Shown here: positions 12,124-25,435 of the stretch, piece by piece | Position numbering within the stretch: position 1 is the first letter of the stretch | Layout: each line of letters begins with the position of its first letter | NCBI GenBank assembly: GCA_951406725.2 | Contig: OX597823.1 | Span: 82,336,001-82,400,000, forward strand | From: Octopus vulgaris | Lineage: Eukaryota | Direction: 5' to 3' | DNA length: 64,000 nt | Position numbers and translations under genes: made by a program | The notes under the pieces: generated by a model | Database searches by the model: none | What the model was told of the DNA's origin: nothing | Seen by the model: only the letters and a program-made list of their open reading frames with translations

Positions 12124-12908
12124 TTGCCCGTGTAGCCCGCAAAGTGGCATGATTCGAAAGCTACAATTCGTAGAAGCGCATTGTAACCAGCAGTGTATAA
12201 CAACATCCCATAGTCTGATCGATACAATGATATACAATCATCCATCCATCCATCCATGCATACATACACATATACTTATTCACATACATACAAAAGCACT
12301 GACAACAAGTATACATGCAAATACACGTTATTGAAGACGATAAAAGAGAGTTATGAACTAATATAATTTCTCCCTGTGGCTAACAGCAATCCTCAAAACC
12401 TTACGTTGATCATTACCGACTTTGAAATGAAAGAGGAAATTACTTTTCGAAATTGGGATAGTTTCGTCCGTTGGTTTATATATGGATTTATATGTTAGAC
12501 AAGCAAGAGCATTTACGCACTTTAAAGTTTTTTCTTTAACTCTGTGACTCAGAATTAAAGTTACATTTTCAATAAATTTTTTAAAAAATTATGTGTATGG
12601 TATTCAAAACACAACCGCTTAATTATTCAAATTCATGTCATTGGCTACTTTGAATTAATTTGTTCAGTAGCCTTTAGTTATAATTATGTAAATTATCCTA
12701 GGATGAAAAAATGTACAAAAATGTATGACAAACGTAAAAAAAAAGTACATCTTCAAGCACAGCAGAAGAATGTTATACTCGGCTGATGGGGTCATAAATA
12801 AGATAGAATTTCGTGTCAGTAGTTGTGGCGGGCCTACAGAAAAGACAAAAACTTCAAAAAAAGAAAAAACAAAATCAAAATATTTGTATTTGTGTGTACA
12901 AATCTCTC

Positions 12909-12958
<50 letters not shown>

Positions 12959-13014
12959 AGTATGTATGTATGTATATGTGTGTGTGTGTATGTATGTGAG
13001 TGAACGTGTGTGTG

Positions 13015-13172
13015 TATGCTTGGCCGTGCGGTAAAAATCTTGCTACTTTCACAACCACATGGTTCTAGGTTCAGTCGCACTGCTTCGTACCTTGGTCTAA
13101 TATTATCTACTATAGCCTGGGCTGACCAAAGCCTTGAGAATGGATTTGGTAGACGGAAAGTGAAAGTAGCTT
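13015..13172 (+). mobile_element. SINE family C 5' part
   Basis: tggccgtgcggtaaaa...ggttcagtcgcactgc...gaccaaagccttgagaatggatttggtagacggaaa. Confidence 0.75.
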
Positions 13173-13482
13173 GTAATATATATCCAAATATGAATACAAT
13201 TGTGTATGGGGAGAGTCATTCTCTTTTATTGCCTTATAATTTAACACACTCACCGGTAAAATTTCCACTCAATTATTTATTTCTCTAAAATGTTCGTTGC
13301 GTCTTGCAACTTTTGCCGTAGAAGGTAAAAAAAAAACAACTTTCAGGAACAACAGTAGTTTATTGACGTAGACATGTAAATTTTCCCTATGTAGAAGTTT
13401 GATAAGCTGAAGAATTTGTTTTATAGCTTACGGTTAGCAGCTGAGTTTGCTGTGTATGCGTTCATTTGATTAAGGTAACTTT

Positions 13483-13565
13483 GGTCTGACGAGTAGCTAG
13501 GGATTATCCTTCGTTTGGGCTATTACTACCTCCGAGGTTCTCCTAGCTATGAAATATATGTAGCC
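13483..13565 (+). ncRNA. Type I hammerhead ribozyme, canonical core
   Basis: ggt-CTGACGA-G-TAGCTAGG...CCTAGCTA-T-GAAA-TATATG-TA-gcc: 8-bp stem II with long loop, near-palindromic stem III, GUA triplet. Confidence 0.75.
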
Positions 13566-13618
13566 TGGATTTTATCTACTCCATTCCATAATTTTGAATT
13601 TATATATGTATACATATA

Positions 13619-13692
<74 letters not shown>

Positions 13693-15275
13693 ATCTCTAA
13701 ATACTCTGGAAGAGTTCAATATCCTCCTGAACAACCTACACCCATCTCTCCAATTTAGAAAGGAGATGAGTAGTACCAAATTACCATTCCTAGATATAAT
13801 GGTAATTTAAAAAGACACCACCATCACCACAGATATATACTATAAACACATAGACTCACATCAATACCTAAATTTTAAGTCGTGCCATCCACCACATACA
13901 AAACGCAACATCCCATACTGCCTAGCCAGAAGAATTTGTACCATTATAGAAGATGCAAATATCAGGAACAAACGCCTAACAGAACTAAGAGAATTTTTGC
14001 TCAAACAAAAATACCCATCTCTACTTATTGAAAATGGCATACAGTGGGCTATAAAAATACCCATACAACAACTTAAGACAACCCAAGGAAGAGGAAAACA
14101 AGAACAAGTCATACCATTCATAGTGACACACAACCCATGTCACCAGAATATCTTCAACATTGCCAAAGCAAACCTACCAATCATTGCCGAAAGTAATGAA
14201 TTAAAAGACATAATCACGGATCGAGCTATGGTTCTTAGTAAAAGACTTGAAAAAATTACTAACAAAGGCAAAATTTGACCTTAGCAACAAAGACCAAACG
14301 TTCACTGTATCTAAATGCCAATTCATACATACCGGCCAATATATAAACACAAAAACCGGGAAAATATTCACAAACGCGAATATGAACTGCGAAAGCAGAA
14401 ATTTAATTTACTGCATCAAACGCCCAAATTGTGAAGAAATATATGTAGGTCAGACGGGAAATGCACTATCAGAACGCTCACGTGTACACCGACAATAGAT
14501 TAGAGACCCAGAGGTCCGCCAGATACCTTTGAGTAACCACCTAGCAACATGTGGTCGGAAAATATATATAATATTTCCATTCTACAAATTACACAGCCCA
14601 AGTGAAATCGAGAGGAAAATCAGAGAAAAGAATTTTATTGATAAATTCGAATCCAAGCTAAATAAGCAATAATAATAATACTTAGATAGCAGGAAAATTA
14701 TGTTGTTTAGGGTTAAAAGTTTTATTGCCACCACCATCACCACTAGCAACAATAATTAAGGTCCTGACAATGATGATGATGACAATTGAAATATAAAAAT
14801 ATAAAAATCTCTGACAAAGGCTATTTACAACATTTCTAAAAATAGCCCAACAATTGCTGCCCCGGCCAGGGTTAAGATACAGGACTCTTGATATGTCCAA
14901 CAAAGCGTGACGCCTAAACTAATCAGCTCAACCAACTAATCAGCTTAAGTAATTGAGTGATACTACACACTGATTGGTCAGAATACAGTTTGCAAAACCT
15001 AGCACTCTGGAGCCCACACAGGGGTATTTAAGGCACAGATTCAATCATCTCGCTACAGTAAAAAATTGTGAGCATGACTGTCACCACCACTACATGAACC
15101 TGAAGATTGCAGAATTTAATGCATGAAAGTACTAGTTCAATCAGAATGAACATTTAACATTCTATTATTTTATTTTATTTTATTATATTATATTATATTA
15201 TATCATTATAAGATTGTAAATAAAACGTGAAAATCAGATAAGGTTGGAATTCCTTTTATTAATATATTCTTCTAT
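13693..15275 (+). mobile_element. 5'-truncated Penelope-like retroelement (Neptune-like): RT C-terminus/thumb, GIY-YIG endonuclease, 3' pLTR
   Basis: LNNLHP..LPFLDIMV, TDIYYK..DSHQYLNFKSCHPPHTKRNIPYCLARRICTI, NLIYCIKRPNCEEIYVGQTG..LSERSRVH; stops and frameshifts; HHR and AATAAA downstream; abuts (TA)n. Confidence 0.92.
15095..15139 (+). ncRNA. Minimal type I hammerhead ribozyme in PLE 3' pLTR
   Basis: TGAAC-CTGAAGA-tTGCAgaatttaaTGCAt-GAAA-GTAC-TA-GTTCA: perfect 5-bp stem I, palindromic stem III, CUA triplet. Confidence 0.85.
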
Positions 15276-15482
15276 ACACAATCACACACACCCGTATATA
15301 TATCTATATATATATGTATGTATTATATATATTTGTTTGTTTGAATGTGTCTTTGTGTCTGTGTTTGTTTCCCACCATCGGTGGGGCAAAAGATAGTGAC
15401 GGAATAAGTACCAGGTTTGAAAAATATGCACTGGGGTCGATTCACTTAACTAAAACTTTCTTTTAGGCAGTGCCTCAGCATG

Positions 15483-16080
15483 TGAAGAGCAAAAGACCAT
15501 GGAGGAGGCGCAGCAGACTACCACACACAACCTCCAAAGCAAGATGTTACCCGAAGAAAGTGGGATTAGAAGGTTGTAGTCTTTTACGCGCTTCTGTCCA
15601 TGGACGGGACCATCAGTTTCAATGTGTACTGTGACCAGCAGGACAAATTAAACGTAGCGATCTACCAGACGCGTCCAGTACTTGCTAACCGTAAGCGCTT
15701 TGTCTTTCAGCACAGTACTAGACGCACGTTTCCGTGCAGACATTCCAGAAGTTACTAGGACTTCGCTGGGAAATTTTTCCGAACCTTGAATATTCGCCCA
15801 ACCATGCTCCTTCAGATTCTCACCTATTTTCGTTGCTTCAAATTTCATTGAATGGATTCACATTCAACTCTAAAGTGAATGTAAAAGTTAACCTGAAAGT
15901 GTTTTTTGCTTGTAAAGACAAGAAATTCTTTAAGCCAAGAGTAATTACTCAGCCCACACGACGGTAAAAAATATTGAAACGAAACGGGAATTATATCATT
16001 GATTGAAATAATCACCATGTGTTTAAAACCTGTGTCATATTTACGCTTAAAAATCCGAACGGACTTTTTGGCCAACCCAG
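15483..16080 (+). mobile_element. Mariner transposon 3' half (decayed transposase plus right TIR)
   Basis: YSPNHAPSDSHLFSLLQISLNG (YSPDLAPSD motif); TIR ccgaacggactttttggccaacccag followed by TA. Confidence 0.9.
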
Positions 16081-16965
16081 TAGATTTCTCATAAATAAAG
16101 ACAGAAAAATATAAAGAAATAGAAAGTTATATTGCAGTATGTTCTTCCAAAATGGTTTCTATTTTCTCTTGGTAATGAATTACATATATATTTGTCTGTT
16201 TGAATTATTGGAATAATATGTGAATATCTCTTAACAGCTTGTTACTGACATCGAAACAGGACTAACAAAATGTAGTTAAATCAATAAAGAGAAAAAAAAC
16301 AGAGACAAATTAATATAAATAGTGAATCAATATAAAGAGGATACACACAAAACGCTCAAATATTTAATAAAGTATAAAATCCAAAATTATAAAATATATT
16401 GAAGTATCAAACGAAATTAAAAGCGTTTTCTATTTGTTTTACATTGTATAATTAAATTTACTGCCTGTTTTTCAAGATTAGTTTTGATGCCAAGATTATG
16501 TTTTTCATAATTATAAGCTTCAAACTTTAATACTGTTTCTGTACGCGCACGTGTGTGTGTATATACATTTGTATATATCTTGGTACAAATATACATACGT
16601 ACGCGCACACACACTCACACATGCGTACGTGTGTCTGTGAGTTCGTGTAGCTATACGTATAATTCTATCACTATAAATTGAGAAAAATATATGTATCGCA
16701 GAGTCTGCAATATATGTAATGCAGAGTTGCAGGCAGCCAAAACTTATTCAGAATTCTGCGTGGCACAGGCGACTGAAAGTACAAGATTTACTAATGAATG
16801 TGAAGTAATTAACCGCAGGATTCACTCCTAGTTTTTGCTGGTATTCATTCGTACTTTTGGTCTAATATTGAAATAAAAAGAAAACTGTAAAATTCTATAC
16901 TTCTATCATATACTGCTCATTATATTTGAATGTCTAACAACGTCGACACGTTAATTTCACATGAG

Positions 16966-17028
<63 letters not shown>

Positions 17029-17356
17029 TGTCCATCTTTATGACCCGCTTACCAGCACTTCATCCTCCTCCGACAACTCAGACCCATCAAGATCTGAGTA
17101 CATCTAAGAAACACAAAAACTACGTCCGACTCTTACAAAATCTAGACAGCAAATAACACGACGCATGCGCGGAAGCAAGCTTCTTGCAACACAGCCACTC
17201 CTGCGCCTTTATGTATGTATGTATGGATATGTATAAATGCAACGAAGTTTATTAGCAGTTTATTATGTCTTTCACACTATATTTTAAATATTCTCAATTC
17301 AAAAAGTGTAATTAGAAGTATTTTTAGTAAATCTTATTGCTTAGTTTACAGTAGAA

Positions 17357-17868
17357 TATTCTTTTCTAATCTCGGCACAAGGGCCGAAATTTGTGGGGAG
17401 GGTGCCAGTCGATTAGATCGGCCCCAGTACGCAACTGGTACTTAATTTATCTACACCGAAAGGATGAAGGGCAAAGTTGACCTCGGCGGAATTTGAACTC
17501 AGAGCATAAAGACACACGAAATAATTCTAAGCATTTCGCCTGGTGTGCTAACGTTTCTTATTCCTTTATTGCCCACAAGGAGCTAAACATAGAGGGGACA
17601 AACAAGGACAAAGGAATTAAGTCGATTACACCGACCCAGTGCGTAACTGGTACTTAATTTATCGACCCCGAAAAGATGAAAGGCAACGTCGGCCTCGGCG
17701 GAATACAAAGGCAAAGTCAACCTCGGCGGAATACAAAGGCAAGTCGACCTCGGCGGAATACAAAGGCAAAGTCAACCTCGGCGGAATACAAAGGCAAAGT
17801 CGACCTCGGCGGAATACAAAGGCAAAGTCGAACTCGTCGTCTTAACGTTTCTGACAGCTCACCGCCTT
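17357..17868 (-). mobile_element. SINE family A dimer with an internal 28-bp tandem expansion
   Basis: Two SINE units; ggcaaagtc(a/g)acctcggcggaatacaaa repeated at 17682-17835. Confidence 0.85.
17682..17835. repeat. Minisatellite, 28-bp unit x5.5, derived from SINE sequence
   Basis: Units start at 17682, 17710, 17738, 17765, 17793, 17821. Confidence 0.95.
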
Positions 17869-18240
17869 TTTGACAGTAGAATATTGCTTCAGCTTTGTAG
17901 TAAGAGCGAAAGCCAAAACTTGAAAATATTCTATTTAGTGGTAATGAAGGAATATTTTTGAAGCCATTTAATTGTTTCTAACGTGGTGGTGGTTAACCGA
18001 TGGATGAAGCCAACTCCAGCATTTAGTACTATTTTAATTTTCGTCCCCATACGGACGAGAGGTAAATTTGACTTCTAGTGGATTTGAAATCAGAATAAAA
18101 ATAGTAAAGCAACTTTTCTGATTAAGTAATAATTCTACAAATCCGCTGCCAATAAATATGTTTTAGATAACTGGATACAACACTATAAATTTGAAAGGAG
18201 GAAAAAGCACATTATATTAACATTACAGCTTGACTAGTGT

Positions 18241-18455
18241 GAAAGCGCGTGGCCTGGTAGTTAGGGTGTTGCATTCACGATCACTAGACCGCGGGTTCAT
18301 TTCCCGGACCCGGTGGAACGATGTGTTTTTGAGCAAAACACTTCATTTCACGTTGCTCTGCGGGTGGAAGAGTAGCAGAATCGTTAGCTCGTCAGCACAG
18401 CAGAGATGCTTTACGATATGGCTTCCGGATCTCTGAATTCTGAGTTCGAAACTTG
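18241..18455 (+). mobile_element. Family B-related SINE head followed by a family A-related head
   Basis: gcgcgtggcctggtagttagggtg...gggttcatttcc; then gtagcagaatcgttagc...ctgagttcgaaac. Confidence 0.6.
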
Positions 18456-19374
18456 CCTGTCGTGATAAGGCAATCGGAAACCGCTCCAGTGTTCATTCCA
18501 AATCTAGTCAGGACAAACGAAGTTCCAGGAATCGATTTAGCGGCGGCATGGGTGGGTACAAGTCCTCCCAGGTCGTATAGAAAGTGTCAGAGAAAATTAC
18601 CATGTACAGGACCTGTCGAAGGACAGACCATCACAAGACTAGACTGAACTAAACATGACTCGTACTTAATTTCATCGACCCCAGATAGACGAAAAGTAAA
18701 GTTGACTTCAGCAGGATTTTGAACTCAAAATGCAAAGACTCGAAAGAAATATTGCACGGCATTTTTGTCCGCCTAACGAATCTAGCGGTTTGCCATATCG
18801 TGTACATTATTACAATCAATATTTTCCTCATCATCAGCAACAAAAATATCAAAAACATCATCAACAGCATTTTATAAAAACTAATGGCCAAGAACTGCGC
18901 CTTGTGACTTCGTGTGAGAAGCTAATAATGTTCTTATTAAGAAAGATTACGATCTCAAAATTTCTCAATTTATGTCACTAGAAGATAGGGCAAGTTGTTA
19001 TGGGTGTGAGGGAATTAATCTATGAGACAGATTATCGTTTATTATCATTTTTCTCAGTGTAATATTCGCACCTCATTATTTCATTACTATAGGGAATAAA
19101 AGTTAATAAGCTGCCACAAGTGTGTTAACATCGATATGGATTGGAAATGGGATTCTGACCAACAAAATAGAGTGGGATGCTACTCAAGGGAAGTCAAATA
19201 CTCATTATTTTATATTATAATTTGTAGAATCATAAATGCAGAAGTAATTCGATATCGGAATCCCTGGGAAATTTTACTGAATAAGAGAGTTTGTCGTCGG
19301 CAATCTGAGGAAATCTGGATTGTGCCTAAGAGAAGAAATGAAGAATGATTACGAATGATACTTGGAAGTGTTAG

Positions 19375-19686
19375 GAAACGAAGGAGGTGGAGGAAGAAGA
19401 AGAATGGCGAGGATGGAGAGAAGTAGAAGGAGGAGGAAGAAGAAGAAGGGTGAGGATGGAGAGAAGGAGAAGGAGGAGGAGAAAGATAAAGGGAAGGACA
19501 AAAGGTGAAGAAAAAGCGGACGAAGAAAAAAGAAAACAGTGATGACGAAGAAGAGGAAAAAGAAAATACGAGGAAAAAAGTAGGCGGAGAAAGAGAAATG
19601 GAGGGAGGGGAGGAGAAAGAGAAGAAAAAGAAGAAAAAGAAGAAGAAGAAGAAGAAGAAGAAGAAGAAGAAGAAGAAGAAGAAGAA
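19375..19686. repeat. Purine-rich low-complexity tract ending in (GAA)n
   Basis: Direct reading. Confidence 0.9.
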
Positions 19687-20444
19687 TGTATGCAATTGTT
19701 AAATTTATTTTCGTAAAATGTTACTGTAATGCTTCCAGCAGATGAAAAGTTAAATAAAAATAGCTTAATTTCAATTTCAAATTTTCCGTTTCATTTAGAT
19801 TTGCTTCAAAGTTGGATAGAGATTAAAACAAGTAAAAACAAAAAGAAAATAACAGAGAGAAAGAGTGAGCCAAAAAAAAAAAAAAATTATCATAAATCTC
19901 GGGTCCAAAGAAATACAAACAAATGTAGCGTTAACAAAAGGAATCACAAAATCGATAACAATAAAAATAGTGACATGAATTACAACCGAGAAAACAACAA
20001 CATTTTTAGGAATTATAGTAACTTAACAAGAAAGCCAATAAGATTATGAAGAATAACAATAAATAATGCGGGAGAAAATAAATGAGAATGTCTCCATCGT
20101 TTAAGAAATCAGTTTATAACAAAAGCAATAAGTAGTTGGTGAGCCATTGAAAGTGAATTTGAAGAACAATAAGGGATTGTTGGTGTTGCATTCTAAACAT
20201 GTAAAAATTAACGACTTAAAGTGAGAATCGATGTTCCGCCGGAACAGAAATTAAGAAAATAATTAAAGACTATTTTCACAGAATAAAGACAAGTGGTATG
20301 GAAAAACTATCTAATAATGTTAGCTCTTTGTGGATGTCCGTGTAAGAAGGACGAATATATTATAGCAGCAAGGAATAACAGGCGCCAAAGGAATAAAAGG
20401 AACAACATTCATGCACACATGCATGCACACACACATACACACAT

Positions 20445-20780
20445 GTTTTAGGGTTTAAGGCTACCAGGGGTTTCACCTAGACAGAAATCTCTCAACATCT
20501 ACCAAGTCTACGCCAGATCTGTTAACTGACAAATAAAGAATATTTATCCCCCAGTACGGTAGCATATTTTGTTAAAACCGTAACAGGTATTTTGTGACGT
20601 TGGGACATGAACCAAAAAGTTCAGTTCTTGAATTCAAACATGTAGCGGGTTCTAAGGAACTTTCCAGACGAGTCATCTTTCCATATTACAAAGACCGCAC
20701 TTTCCTCTACCGTTCGTAAAAGGTTTGTACTTGGCTAAGATCTTCCAGTAAATCCTGTAGCTGATACCTTGTTCTTTAAG
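20445..20780 (-). pseudogene. Naiad-like PLE 3' end: GIY-YIG C-terminus plus decayed pLTR
   Basis: Minus-strand translation LKEQGISYRIYWKILAKYKPFTNGRGKCGLCNMER* ... LNSRTELFGSCPNVTKYLLRF*; not in the ORF track; downstream GAAACCcctGGTAGCC resembles an HHR 3' half. Confidence 0.7.
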
Positions 20781-20924
20781 AAACAATATATAAATGGATA
20801 ATTTGGTAGTTTTTCATATGCATATATGTATAAAAGCATATATATATATATATATATATATATTTATTTATATATACATATATGTGTGTGTGTGTACGTA
20901 TGTATGTGTGTTCTAGTGTATATT

Positions 20925-21148
20925 CAAATTTACAGAAAACAAAAGACGAAGACTGGTGTAGTAACAAGAAGCAGGTGTATTCGTTTAACGCTCGGGAAAA
21001 AAAGGAAAACTCTTATTACGTTTCGAGCCTACGCTCTTCGACAGATAGGATTAAGAGGAAATAGATGGGGAGAGAATAAAAAATAATGACAGAGAAAAAT
21101 GTGCAACATGGCGTGATGACTTGAAAAAAGAGGCTGAATGAAAGGGAG

Positions 21149-21222
<74 letters not shown>

Positions 21223-21880
21223 GGTAACAGTAACTCCAACGAAGTAAGATGCGCAAGCGTGTGTGTGTATGTGAAAATGGTTTGTATGAGTGTGTATATG
21301 TGAATAGGGGTGAGTGGGTACGTATGTGCGGGCGAGTTTGCGTGTGTATGCGTATGGGCGGTTGTATATGTGTGAGTATGCGTATGGACGTGTGTATATG
21401 TGTGGGGCTAACGTTCGTTAGCCCGCCACACGTGTGTGTCTGTCTAATGTGTGTGTTTTTAACGTGCGTATGTGTGTTTTATGTAGCAGTTGATGTGTGC
21501 TTTTGCAGGTTTTGTGAGCACAAGTGTATGTTTGAGTGTCTGTGTGTCTGACCAAATAGTGCTCAGTTATTATGTGCTTGTGTGGGTATGGTGTGTATAC
21601 TGACTTAAACAGAATGTGTGGAAGCTCGTATAGTGGTATGTGTGGTGACGTTGTTGTGGATTGTGTGCGGGCGTGTGGATAATGGTGTGTAGTCTGGGTG
21701 CTGAGAAGTGTTCGGTACTCGTGTGTGTGGAGTGGGAAGGTATTTGTAGGTGTGTGGTTGCAATGGCGTGTGAAGTGAGTAATGAGTTGAACAGTGTGTA
21801 TGGGTGTTTGTATAGTGGTGTGTGTGGTAAGCCTAACTCGAATGTGTAATTTTCAATGGAGAATTGTTTCATGTAAACCA
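20925..21880 (-). mobile_element. Probable PLE 3' UTR/pLTR remnant with minimal HHR-like motif at 21011-21050
   Basis: Minus strand TCCTAT-CTGTCGA-AGAGCGTAGGCTC-GAAA-CG-TA-ATAAGA; CA-rich upstream region; interrupted by (TAA)n at 21149-21221. Confidence 0.55.
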
Positions 21881-22859
21881 CAAAGTTAAAATCTTCGGCT
21901 TGTTAGCTGTTTCTCAATGAAGTATCTAGAATGAATCAGAGTAATTTGCTATCATTCAACTAATCTCTTTCCTGGTTTTCGGAATTCAATATTTAAAACT
22001 CTAATTAGAAATTAAATTAATGTTGCTAAATTTAGTCCTAGAATATTGCAATTTTGAGGAATGTATTAAGAACTTGTTACCACGAACTGTTATCTGTATA
22101 ATTAAAGGTGAAGAAGTTTTGACATTTAACAAAAAATAAGGTAGTGTAGGTCAGACGAAAGAAACGTTCCGTAAATATAAATTTTCTCATTTAAGTAGTT
22201 TTAATTTATACCAGCCTACTTAATATAATCTTTAATAAAATACGAAACGACGGGTTTTTGAAGATGTATGAAGTCAATAATAGGAAGGAAGCCTAGCACT
22301 TTATCGATATCCAAAAATTGATGAGCAACGTTGACCTCAGCTGGATTTGAACTTAGAAGGTTATAGAAATTCATGAACTCGGTAAGTTATTAAATATAAC
22401 AAATCTACTTCTTCCAACGCTTTTTTCATCCTACGACCTTAATCTAGTTAAGAGTAAAGCTCTCATATAATGGTAAATGCCCTCATTTAGTAGTAATCCT
22501 ATATAAGAAAGTTGGTAATCATTCGTAAAAGCTACAAATCTGCGTTCTTTTTCGAACGGCGTGTAATAGGCGCCATACAAAAGCCTAAAAATCATCATAT
22601 AATTAGTATTGTGCATTTATTTGTTGCTATACAAACAAAGTAGTGTGGGACTCTGGGTCTGCGCTTGAGCAAGTCGTGAATGAGGGAGTAGCAGTACTAA
22701 CAGTAAAATGAAATTGAGCGAAAGGATAAGGTGTTTATCACGCTGTTCGGAATAGGAAACAAAAGAAAGAATGGAAATGAAATATTTGAAGTGAGAAGCG
22801 ACTGGAATAAGATGTTAGTTTTATATTGATTTGAAGCCAAACGGAAAAATATAAACAAT

Positions 22860-22969
22860 AGGCGCACATGGAAGGCTGGTTACAAAGCTCACTTTGCAAC
22901 AGTGTGGTTGCGGGTTCAGTTCCACTGCACAACCAATGCCTTGTGAGTGACTTTGGACGAGGGAAAACC

Positions 22970-23033
<64 letters not shown>

Positions 23034-23828
23034 TTCAGCTTGGATCATGTCAATCGGTAGTTTTCAGCATATAACTGGTTAGCAGTCTACAGTTTAAGTA
23101 CACTAATAAATAAATTAATCATTTTAGAATGTGTCCTTATTATCATTCTGTCTTCAGATTAAGAACGATTATTTAATGATATCGGATACATCACAACTCC
23201 AATCTCAGTAGTAGCAACAGTTACGTATGAAATGCAGTAAATGAATATACCAAAAGGTGATGAATGAAAAAGCATGGTTCAATCTGTGCTACATATGTTT
23301 CAATAGCATGTTATTTTATTTATAATTCATATGTTACGTCATAAAAAACACCCGCTATTTCATCAGGCATCCGACTACAGTTAGAATAAAAATCGACTGC
23401 ACATACATTCGAACCATAGAACCGTGGGAGAAATACATTTAGCATTAAAGAGATTAGGAGGGACTGAAAAGGGGAGTTAACCAATCAAACGTCTTTAATA
23501 CAGAATTATGGACCAGTTCCAGGGAAATAATAGCGATCAGCTCTTATCTACATTACTGTAAGCATATGTGTGTGTATATGTGTGTGTATGTGTGCATGGT
23601 TTTGTCTGTTTGTTCCACCCCCAACACCCGCTTTACAACAGGTGTTGTTTTGTTTATGTTTCCGTAACTAAGAGGTCCGATAAAAGAGATGCATAGAATA
23701 CATAACAGACTTTTAAAAAATACATAAGTACTGGGGTTGATATTTTCGATTAAAACCCTTCAAGATGGTGCCTTAGCATGGTCGCAGTCCAATGAGTGAA
23801 ACAAGTCAAAGATCAAAGATAAAAGATA
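22860..23828 (+). mobile_element. SINE family C fragments (head 22860-22968; tail 23600-23828)
   Basis: gggttcagttccactgc head; gtgccttagcatggtcgcagtc...gaaacaagtcaaaga tail. Confidence 0.6.
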
Positions 23829-24460
23829 ACATTAATACTGATTAATAACGATGCAAAACAACATTAGCGTTTTTCCACATTATGTTATGGATATTATGAT
23901 CAAAGAACTTCGGATTTGTGATAATTACACTTAAATGTTTCAATGTCCTGTGAAAAATATAATTCATCTGTAAATAATGCATCGATATTTTTAATTAATT
24001 CTTTTCAGCTTTCATTAAACCGTTCATTGAACCATTGAAGATGTTGTAAATAAAATAATTTTAATTTCTAATCGAACAGGTGTTTATGTGCTAATACAGT
24101 GTTGCGACCCATCAATTTTGGCGGGTGACATGCACTATTAGACTAAATAATAGTTGTTGATATTTTACTGTGGAATACAAGGTGTTGACTCATCGTTTTC
24201 GCAGGGGTGCATTCTTCATAATTAGTAAAACTGTCGACATACCTGATGACACGGTGTGCATCAAGAGAGTGTGAGAATTTCTTGGCACAACCGTTTTGAC
24301 GCCGTTTATTTAGCAGTCTTAATGCTTATTTTTTTACCCCGTCTCTCTCTCCATCTCTCTCTCTTTAGCTGTCTGCCTGTCTGCTCTGTCTCTGTCTGTC
24401 TGTCTGTCTCTCTCTGGTTATGTCTGTATGAATTTATTTGTCTTCATGTAATTGCGGACA

Positions 24461-24775
24461 GGAGGCCCAGTGGTTAGGGTTGCGAACTCGCGGTTTCGAT
24501 TCCCAGACCGGGTGTTGTGTGTGTTTATTGAGCGAAAGCACCTAAAAGCTCCACGAGTCTCCGGCAGGGAGTGGTGGCGACTCCTGTTGTACTCTTTTGC
24601 CCCAACTTTCTCTCACTCTTTCTTCCTGTTTCTTGAGTAACGCTGCGACGGACTGTCGTCCATACGCCAATGAAACACATTCGCCACAGGGGGCGGGAAA
24701 CACATACGCCACAGAAACCGGGAAACCGGGCCCATGAGCCTGGCTAGGCTTGAAAAGGGCGCATAAATAAAAATA
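24461..24775 (+). mobile_element. SINE family B
   Basis: ggcccagtggttaggg...ggtttcgattcccagaccggg...gaaaccgggaaaccgggcccatgagcc; tail like 45525-45815. Confidence 0.85.
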
Positions 24776-25024
24776 AAATTGAGGAGAAAGAAATTGTTTG
24801 TCAAACGCGTTCAATTTATATATTGAAATGTTTAGCACTGTTTGCATCTGTATGCCTATATTTCAGTGCGAACGTAGATGTGTGTGTGAGAGAGAGAGTG
24901 AGAGTTTGTTTGTTTGTCTCTAGCTCCAAAAATTACTGCCGTAACAAAAGGCTGAATGTCCAGTCAGCCGTGCCAATTCAGCGTCCAAATAGCCGCGTCA
25001 CATCGACTCATTTCAACATTAATA

Positions 25025-25187
25025 TAATCTTTTCTACTCTAAGCACAAGGTCCGAAATTTTTGAGGATGGGGGCCAGTCTATTAAATCGATCCAGTACGC
25101 AGCTAGTAATTAATTTATCGACCTCGAAAGGATGAAAGTCAAAGTCGATCTCGGCGGAATTTGAACTCAGAACGGAAAGACAGACAA
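25025..25187 (-). mobile_element. SINE family A fragment
   Basis: gaaaggatgaaagtcaaagtcgatctcggcggaatttgaactcagaacg. Confidence 0.8.
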
Positions 25188-25435
25188 ATTAATATTAATA
25201 TAATGATATATCAATAAAAATAATGCTAAAATATAGGATGTATGAGTATGAATAATAGATAAAATATTTGCTGCTCAATTCGCAGATATTCATAGAGTGT
25301 TTGAAACTTTTAACACTGTTTCTTCTCAATAAATTCCTGGATAACTATGAAATATAGCATAAAATATAGTATAGATTTTGATCATTGAATAGAAGAATCT
25401 CGAAGGACATGAAGGAAAGAATAAAATGATCAAAC

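Noticed and set aside
17682-17835. CRISPR-like 28-bp repeats
   Set aside because: No spacers, units are contiguous and SINE-derived, no cas genes, eukaryotic context
19505-19702. Lys/Glu-rich ORF
   Set aside because: Purine-rich low complexity and (GAA)n
24243-24285. CTGATGA as an HHR core
   Set aside because: No GAAA after a stem II and no stem I/III
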